This document shows positions 1-5,437 of a DNA stretch of 24,511 bases, piece after piece. The stretch lies in IMG/VR virus record IMGVR_UViG_3300044267_006876, positions 1 to 24,511 of that record. One strand, written 5' to 3'. Within the stretch, counting starts at the first letter, position 1; the number at the start of each line of letters is the position of its first letter. The notes beneath the pieces were generated by a model. The model made no database searches. It saw only the letters and a program-made list of their open reading frames with translations, and had not been told where the DNA came from. The position numbers and the translations under genes are program-made. The DNA is from a virus. Lineage: Duplodnaviria; Caudoviricetes.

Positions 1-1
1 C

Positions 2-361
2 CTCTGGATTTGTTTCCCATAAATGCTGTATATATAATTTAGTTTTATCAATATCTGCTTTGCTCCAATTTTGTGTAGCAGCTAAATTTTCAAATTCATC
101 TCTTATTCTTACAAAAGAAGCTGCTGTAAAATCTTGATGTCCTATACCTAATATAGCCTCATATGCCTGATCAGCAGTAACATCAGTAGATTCATCAAAA
201 TACTTAGTTTCAAATACTGGATCTACTGTTGGTGGAGATGAATCAGCATATATATCTTCATCATCTTTATTAAACACATCCATAATAAAGTCTATAACAG
301 GAGTTTTCCTGTTAGCAAATAACCCTATTCCTGTGGGGGTAACATCTGTACCGTCCGCCAT
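2..361 (-). CDS. Hypothetical phage protein, 3'-truncated by window edge (MADGTDVTPTGIGLFANRK...)
   Basis: ATG at 361 preceded by GGAGA; frame stays open for 120 codons to the window edge; directly follows the terS-like gene. Not in the ORF track because it has no stop in the window. Confidence 0.75.
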   Translation of the reverse strand, partial: MADGTDVTPTGIGLFANRKTPVIDFIMDVFNKDDEDIYADSSPPTVDPVFETKYFDESTDVTADQAYEAILGIGHQDFTAASFVRIRDEFENLAATQNWSKADIDKTKLYIQHLWETNPE

Positions 362-362
362 T

Positions 363-1091
363 TTATTCTCCGATTTCTTTAGGACGTTCTGCCTGTAACA
401 ATTCCTTTTCCTGGAATCCTTGAAATAATGCTCCAGATACTTGAGTTACAGTTGTTTTGTTTTTATCTTCTAAATCCATAATATCAGAAAGTTTAAATAA
501 AGCTTTTAATCTAGTCTCGTCCTTTTCTGAACTAGAAGCAATACTATGGATACTTTCTAAAATAGTTTTTTCATCTATTCCCAATTCATGTAAAACTGGT
601 TTTAATTCTTCTTTCATAGCTGTTGTAATCCTTTTCGTTTTTACAAGTTGCGCTGACTTCTGTTTAGCATAACCTGGGTTAGTCGTAGGAAAAGCCTTCA
701 TATAAGCTTCCTGAGGACTTAACCCAGAAACTATATATACGACAAAGAGATGTTCGCACTTACTCAGTGTGGTCCGATCTAGTAGAACGTCTGCAGAACT
801 CTTATTCCCTCCAAAGGAATAAATATTGAGTCTGCGCGAAGTGTCCATCTTCGCCTTGGAGGTTACTGGAAAAGTTCCAGTGCACGTGCCAACGTATTCC
901 CTAACCTTGTTCCGTCCTTTCGGCACGACCATCTTACCTTTGCGCAAAATTTGTATACAACAATCGTCATCTGCTCTTACCCAATCGCCAACTTCTGCTG
1001 ATCTCCAATTAACAAGCTTAATATCAGAAGGAAGTTGATCTTCTGGGTCATATACTGCATGACTGATTCTATTTACTCTATAATATCTCAT
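363..1091 (-). CDS. Terminase small subunit-like protein with an extra N-terminal domain
   Basis: C-terminal half shows the TerS pattern: HTH SPQEAYMKAF...YAKQKSAQLVK, then IDEKTILESI...RLKALFKL oligomerisation helices. Late-gene position; ATGA overlap with the lysozyme gene. Confidence 0.6.
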   Translation of the reverse strand: MRYYRVNRISHAVYDPEDQLPSDIKLVNWRSAEVGDWVRADDDCCIQILRKGKMVVPKGRNKVREYVGTCTGTFPVTSKAKMDTSRRLNIYSFGGNKSSADVLLDRTTLSKCEHLFVVYIVSGLSPQEAYMKAFPTTNPGYAKQKSAQLVKTKRITTAMKEELKPVLHELGIDEKTILESIHSIASSSEKDETRLKALFKLSDIMDLEDKNKTTVTQVSGALFQGFQEKELLQAERPKEIGE

Positions 1092-1687
1092 TTAGGTCTA
1101 TAATCAGCTCTATTAAACCAACCTTCTAAGAACTGGTTTTGTGTAGTATCAATATTAACTATATTCTGATAATATTGTTTCTGCACCTTTATTACCTCAT
1201 CAATAATCGCATCTTCCCCAACTATATTGATAGCACTTTTAACTGCTACTCTAGTTTTATTCCCCATACCTCCATCTTCTACAAGAGGCCGTTGCATTAT
1301 AGGGGCTTTTGTAAATATATTATTTAAAGCTCTTTGCATTATTAAAGTGCTTTTTCCAGTATTTATTTGTACATCAGCCATTTTAAATGCCACAATGTTC
1401 TTACCATAATTATGTTCAGCATTCGCTAAAAAATCTCTTCTATATATCTCTTTTGCTTCAACTTGAGTTAAATTTATTATATCTAAGTGTGGGTAAGATT
1501 TTGCACTAATACCAAAATTAGTACCTTTTAACGTTCCTTTACCCTTTTGTCCACCTGTCCAATTACCGTGATCATCAGCATTTTTAGTGTATCCACCTTC
1601 ATGATGTAATACTTGATCTAAAAATACATCAGCCTTTAACTCATATGTTAATGCATTTGGTTGCATTACTGAAGCAATCATGTTCAC
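1088..1687 (-). CDS. Glycoside hydrolase family 108 lysozyme (endolysin) with C-terminal peptidoglycan-binding region
   Basis: HEGGY catalytic motif, D-x-G-N-W-T-G-G, GTNFGIS, LT..EAKEIYRRDF, DG.MG.KT and FLEGWFNR, all characteristic of GH108/PG_binding_3 proteins. Confidence 0.9.
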   Translation of the reverse strand: MNMIASVMQPNALTYELKADVFLDQVLHHEGGYTKNADDHGNWTGGQKGKGTLKGTNFGISAKSYPHLDIINLTQVEAKEIYRRDFLANAEHNYGKNIVAFKMADVQINTGKSTLIMQRALNNIFTKAPIMQRPLVEDGGMGNKTRVAVKSAINIVGEDAIIDEVIKVQKQYYQNIVNIDTTQNQFLEGWFNRADYRPK

Positions 1688-1701
1688 AATCAGTAAGACC
1701 T

Positions 1702-1878
1702 TTAGTATGTTTTTCTCGCCATAGGTGATCTACCTAATGGATTATTACCTCTACCCATATTTGGTTTTTTCTGAGTAGACATTCCTTTTTTCGCAAAATT
1801 TCCCTTATAAGATACACAATCATTATAAGCTTTTGAGCCTACAGGAAACTTAGCTGCACATGTTTTAGGATCTGGCAT
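1702..1878 (-). CDS. Small basic hypothetical protein, 58 aa (MPDPKTCAAKFPVGSKAYNDCVSY...)
   Basis: Hand-translated; AAAGGT upstream of the ATG; fills the gap between neighbouring genes; below the ORF-track cutoff. Confidence 0.7.
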   Translation of the reverse strand: MPDPKTCAAKFPVGSKAYNDCVSYKGNFAKKGMSTQKKPNMGRGNNPLGRSPMARKTY

Positions 1879-1880
1879 AA

Positions 1881-2036
1881 TTAACCTTTCTTGTTTAGTT
1901 GTCTAATTAAATGCTCATTTTGTTGTCTAAGAAGCTCATTTTGTTTTCTAACACCTTTAACGTACTTATTATTCTCAAGCTGAGCATTTAAGTACTTAGC
2001 TCCTTCTTTCAACTTTTCAGGATCTATCTTAGCCAT
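1881..2036 (-). CDS. Small coiled-coil hypothetical protein, 51 aa (MAKIDPEKLKEGAKYLNAQ...)
   Basis: Hand-translated; GGAG RBS 6 nt upstream; stop lies 2 nt before the next ATG. Confidence 0.7.
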   Translation of the reverse strand: MAKIDPEKLKEGAKYLNAQLENNKYVKGVRKQNELLRQQNEHLIRQLNKKG

Positions 2037-2075
2037 TTATTACTCCAGTTTACTTGGCCGAAGGCCAAATTAATT

Positions 2076-2306
2076 TTATGTTTCTGCTATCTCAAATACA
2101 TTGATTTGACTAACGGACTCATCATCCATATAATCTAAAACCCATGTATTACCTTTAAATAAGATAGGCATTCTAGTCTGCATTATACCACTAGTTTGTG
2201 CTATATCACTATCTAACAATTCTTCTGATAACAATTCTATACTATCATTATCAGGATTATATCTAACAGTTAATATATATTTCAATATTTTATTATTATC
2301 TGCCAT
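2076..2306 (-). CDS. Hypothetical protein (likely start MADNNKIL at 2306)
   Basis: ORF track gives 2076-2339; the internal ATG has GAAAGGG upstream and lies downstream of a predicted promoter. Confidence 0.65.
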   Translation of the reverse strand: MADNNKILKYILTVRYNPDNDSIELLSEELLDSDIAQTSGIMQTRMPILFKGNTWVLDYMDDESVSQINVFEIAET

Positions 2307-2329
2307 ACTAACCCTTTCATAGATATTAT

Positions 2330-2359
2330 AGTTTAGCATACATTATATATAAAAAGCAA
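2330..2359 (-). promoter_or_regulatory. Sigma70-like leftward promoter
   Basis: TTGCTT-N18-TAAACT with a TGn extended -10; shares AAGTTGCTTT with the promoter at 2603-2632. Confidence 0.45.
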
Positions 2360-2362
2360 CTT

Positions 2363-2575
2363 CTATTTTTTTTCTTCAGCAGCTTTAACTACTTTTTTAT
2401 ACTTTTCTTTCAAATAAGCTTCAAATTCTTCTTCCTTATCTGAAAATTTAACAAAATCGGTAATAACCTTCATTGTTAAGTTTAATACTCTACTCTCTTC
2501 AGTAATAGCCTCATATAATTGATGTAAATGAGTCTCTATTTCTTTATTTGTTAACTTCTTATTAGCTTTACTCAT
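2363..2575 (-). CDS. Hypothetical coiled-coil protein (likely start MSKANKKL at 2575)
   Basis: ORF track gives 2363-2632; the internal ATG is preceded by AAGGGGGGG. Confidence 0.65.
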   Translation of the reverse strand: MSKANKKLTNKEIETHLHQLYEAITEESRVLNLTMKVITDFVKFSDKEEEFEAYLKEKYKKVVKAAEEKK

Positions 2576-2602
2576 AAAAGCCCCCCCTTTTTTCATAGCC
2601 TT

Positions 2603-2632
2603 AATATACAAAAAGATTGTAATACAAAGCAA
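2603..2632 (-). promoter_or_regulatory. Sigma70-like leftward (late) promoter
   Basis: TTGCTT-N18-TATATT upstream of the first leftward gene; same -35 context as 2330-2359. Confidence 0.45.
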
Positions 2633-2639
2633 CTTTTAA

Positions 2640-2730
2640 AAATTGTAGCATTTTAGTGCTCGGTGTTATAATATCACCACACCCCTTATCAGGGGATTAT
2701 CACTATCGTGATTACGTTATTTTTCAATTT
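2640..2730. repeat. Cluster of four adjacent short inverted repeats at the strand-divergence point
   Basis: AGCA/TGCT 2647-2660, GGTG/CACC 2662-2678, CCCCT-TATC-AGGGG 2682-2695, ATCAC-TATC-GTGAT 2699-2712, enclosed by AAATTG/CAATTT. Confidence 0.6.
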
Positions 2731-2773
2731 AGATTATATATAATTATCAATTGATTCTTAGAAAGGAGAACAA

Positions 2774-3142
2774 ATGACAGAAGTAAAGTTAATGGACAAG
2801 GAAGAATTAAGAGCAGCTAATCAAAGAATAATAGATGAAGAATTAGCAGCCGCAAGCAAGGAAGCATTACATCTTAAGTATAAGATGAAAGATATGCCAG
2901 CGCTAATAGAAGATGGTGAATATCTTATAGTGCTAGCTATGATCAAGAATAGATCTACTTACTGTAAGTTTGGCGGTGAGTATAATCGTTCTAAACGAGC
3001 AGCATATCTCAAGAAATTAAGAGGCAACCTTGACAATTTAATGGCTTACATCAAAGCAACAGAATGGGCTGATCAACATATTTATAAGCAAGAGTTAAAA
3101 ATGACCAGATCATTGCTTTATGATAATGACCGTTCTAATTAA
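2774..3142 (+). CDS. Hypothetical early protein, 122 aa
   Basis: AAAGGAG RBS; first gene of the rightward block; helical composition; no recognised motif. Confidence 0.8.
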   Translation: MTEVKLMDKEELRAANQRIIDEELAAASKEALHLKYKMKDMPALIEDGEYLIVLAMIKNRSTYCKFGGEYNRSKRAAYLKKLRGNLDNLMAYIKATEWADQHIYKQELKMTRSLLYDNDRSN

Positions 3143-3152
3143 ACTTTTAACA

Positions 3153-3186
3153 GGGGGTAATTAATTTTACCCCCATAAACTTTTAA
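3153..3186 (+). terminator. Hairpin, probable intrinsic terminator or processing site
   Basis: GGGGGTAA-TTAATT-TTACCCCC (8-bp stem) just after the stop codon, flanked on both sides by TAAACTTTTAA (3140-3150, 3176-3186). Confidence 0.6.
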
Positions 3187-3375
3187 TTTATATTTAAACT
3201 ACCATTGTTGAAGATAGTAGCGGTAGTTGGAGAGTATGTCTACAAACAAATTCTTTTAAAGTGTGAAAGGATAGCGTAGATGCGCCTGTGTATGATTTAT
3301 ATATACAAACTTATACCAAACTATAAATTTAAATTGTATCCTCCACAATAGTAACTAACAGTGAAAGGAGGTAGT

Positions 3376-3510
3376 ATGAAAGTACTATTTACTGTTGACA
3401 AGCTACATAAGCTAGCTAATAACTCCAAACATATCAAATGGTATGCTATTGGATTAGTTATTGAGCGGTTTGATGTCTTGGTACGACTAATCGTGCAAAA
3501 GACTAAGTAG
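3376..3510 (+). CDS. Small hypothetical protein, 44 aa (MKVLFTVDKLHKLANNSKHIKWYAIGLVIERFDVLVRLIVQKTK)
   Basis: Near-perfect AAAGGAGGT RBS; hand-translated; followed by hairpin TCCCAGTTA/TAGCTGGGA at 3517-3539. Confidence 0.65.
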   Translation: MKVLFTVDKLHKLANNSKHIKWYAIGLVIERFDVLVRLIVQKTK

Positions 3511-3555
3511 CATAACTCCCAGTTATTAATTAGCTGGGAAGAACGGAGTAAATCG

Positions 3556-3927
3556 ATGCCAAGAACAATAAAGGCCATGTGTACTGGCTGTAATACCAAA
3601 TTATCAATTTATGTACATAAAAGCTTTAACAACCATAATTTATTATTAAATGCTAAATATGGTGTAGACTATTTAATTCAAGACAGAGAGCTTGAGAATG
3701 GTAATACTACTAAGGCTTGTGATCAACATGGTATCATTAAAGTCAAAGATATTAAATCAATCAAAGAGGTCAAAGATAAACAGGCCAAAGATTGGAATAA
3801 GTCTGATAAAAATGGTAAACCATATGACACATCTATAGACGCTAATATGAAAGATGCCTGGGATACGGTGGAGGCTGATTTAGATGATAAGTTTGAAGAT
3901 CCATTTCACACACCTGATTTGGAGTAA
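3556..3927 (+). CDS. Hypothetical protein with possible Zn site and acidic tail
   Basis: GGAG RBS; CTGC near the N-terminus and CDQH later; acidic C-terminus. Confidence 0.7.
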   Translation: MPRTIKAMCTGCNTKLSIYVHKSFNNHNLLLNAKYGVDYLIQDRELENGNTTKACDQHGIIKVKDIKSIKEVKDKQAKDWNKSDKNGKPYDTSIDANMKDAWDTVEADLDDKFEDPFHTPDLE

Positions 3928-3932
3928 TAGTG

Positions 3933-4031
3933 ATGAATAATTGGGTGAAATTAATATTTATGTGCACATTATGGGGACTAGTATTTATAGTATTATTATA
4001 CATAGTCCTTGTAATTGCAGGAATAATTTAG
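3933..4031 (+). CDS. Small single-pass membrane peptide, 32 aa (MNNWVKLIFMCTLWGLVFIVLLYIVLVIAGII)
   Basis: GGAG at 3921-3924 with ATG 8 nt later; an uninterrupted hydrophobic run of about 26 residues. Confidence 0.6.
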   Translation: MNNWVKLIFMCTLWGLVFIVLLYIVLVIAGII

Positions 4032-4650
4032 ACATCAAGAGAGTGCATAAGGGTCGAGCCTGGAGCTATCCTCTGTGTGATCATAGTAAATGGTGTACCA
4101 ATAGAGCTAACAGGTCACTAAGCTACATACCAACTATGATCATGTTGTCTAATAATAACTAACAAAGTCCAAACTAATAAGTATGTACAGCTTATTAACG
4201 GCAAAATATATGAACAATGAATAATAATAATAGGAGTTATGATACAGGCTTGATCACCTGTTGATTAACGTTGTGAAACCTGTAGATTGTCTTGATAAAG
4301 GGCATGCAGGTAGACTGTTAGAGAGAATGCTCGCTGTAATATCAAGGGATATTATAGAACTAGTAGAAGCTAGAACAGTTGTTGAGTCAATAAACAAGAT
4401 AAAGGGTTACCTTTGTCTAGTGGATATATCACGCTTAGAAATAGGCACTGTGTTGTACGGTTAGCAGGACTAACATTAGCAGCAGGATATATCATTTAAT
4501 CCAGTGTATAACTAGCACTATATGCCAATCTATCGGAGTATCCAGCTCTAATGGAGGTAGAAATAGTATATGATTGTATAATCATGGATGAAACACTACC
4601 AATGCTAATATGACTTCATGTGCGGTATAACCTAGTCCCGCCACAACCTA
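4028..4650 (+). ncRNA. Candidate structured non-coding RNA region (one or several RNAs)
   Basis: About 620 nt with no convincing RBS-led ORF and more than 10 inverted repeats, several with G-T pairs on the + strand; no known family recognised. Confidence 0.4.
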
Positions 4651-4684
4651 ATATTATTTAACAATCGATACTAAAGGAGAAAGT

Positions 4685-5035
4685 ATGACAAATGATACTA
4701 AAAAAATATATGAGCCACGATTAGGCTGGTATAACAAAGTAGATGTATTAGAGGATGCACCACAATTTACTGGTACACCTAAAGATATTATACTATTATA
4801 TCTACATATGATAAAGATTTATAAAAGAAATTTGGGCAGATTAACCATTTATGATACTAGAATTACTATTAAAGGTATTAATAAAATGACATTAAGAGTC
4901 CAAGAACTAACACAAAGCTATAAAAATGCTGTCCAAATGAAAAACGAGACCAAATTAAATAAGATTGCTGAAAAACATTGGGCTAAATTTCATGCTTTGA
5001 ATAATAAACACAACCTAATAAAGAAAGGGGTATAA
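4685..5035 (+). CDS. Hypothetical basic protein, 116 aa; immediately upstream of the Ubl gene
   Basis: AAAGGAG RBS; stop is 1 nt from the Ubl ATG. Confidence 0.8.
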   Translation: MTNDTKKIYEPRLGWYNKVDVLEDAPQFTGTPKDIILLYLHMIKIYKRNLGRLTIYDTRITIKGINKMTLRVQELTQSYKNAVQMKNETKLNKIAEKHWAKFHALNNKHNLIKKGV

Positions 5036-5036
5036 T

Positions 5037-5288
5037 ATGCCTAGAGAAAATGCAATAACAATCAGAGAATTTGATGGATCAGGATTCCAAGAATCTAGTA
5101 CTCATGCTTCAACAGTTGGAGAATATAGAGAACTAAAAGGCCTTGGAGCTGATGTAACAATTTCAGTTAATACAGTAAATCAACCTGATACTTTCGCATT
5201 AGAACAGTCTGATCCACCAATGGCTATTGCTGCAGTTCAAAGCAATAAAACAGGCGGCTCAGCTTTATTACTAAATACTATCGATTAA
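5037..5288 (+). CDS. Ubiquitin-like (beta-grasp, ThiS/MoaD/Prok-Ub-like) protein with a C-terminal propeptide
   Basis: 83 aa; beta-grasp-like pattern STVGEYRELKGL...ISVN...PDTFALEQSD...IAAV, then KTGG (G73-G74) and a 9-aa tail SALLLNTID; adjacent to JAB and ThiF genes. Confidence 0.75.
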   Translation: MPRENAITIREFDGSGFQESSTHASTVGEYRELKGLGADVTISVNTVNQPDTFALEQSDPPMAIAAVQSNKTGGSALLLNTID

Positions 5289-5306
5289 TTTGGTATCGAG
5301 GAGATA

Positions 5307-5415
5307 ATAGAGAGAGATGAGGAGCTACGTAGACACGTAGGCTTGGCTTGTAGGGTCTAGCATATGAGAGTATGCGAAAGGGACACCTGTAATGGTGTGT
5401 GTAATCTCTCTTTAT
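5307..5415 (+). ncRNA. Candidate multi-branch structured RNA between the Ubl and E2-like genes
   Basis: 12-bp closing stem ATAGAGAGAGAT/ATCTCTCTTTAT enclosing CTACGT/ACGTAG, GCATA/TATGC and ACACC/GGTGT hairpins. Confidence 0.45.
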
Positions 5416-5437
5416 AAATTTAAGAAAGGAGGACTAT

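Noticed and set aside
457-1409. Plus-strand ORFs 457-672, 826-1038, 1139-1327, 1227-1409
   Set aside because: Antisense shadows of the terS-like and lysozyme genes; no RBS or motifs.
3321-3599. Minus-strand 92-aa ORF
   Set aside because: Antisense to RBS-supported plus-strand genes at 3376 and 3556.
3941-4464. Track ORFs 3941-4162 and 4261-4464
   Set aside because: TTG starts without an RBS; the first overlaps the better-supported 3933-4031 peptide, and both run through hairpin-dense sequence. Not fully excluded.
4028-4650. tRNA, tmRNA, RNase P RNA, group I intron or CRISPR array
   Set aside because: No T-loop GTTCRA/CCA end, no complete RNase P or P7 consensus, and no regularly spaced direct repeats.
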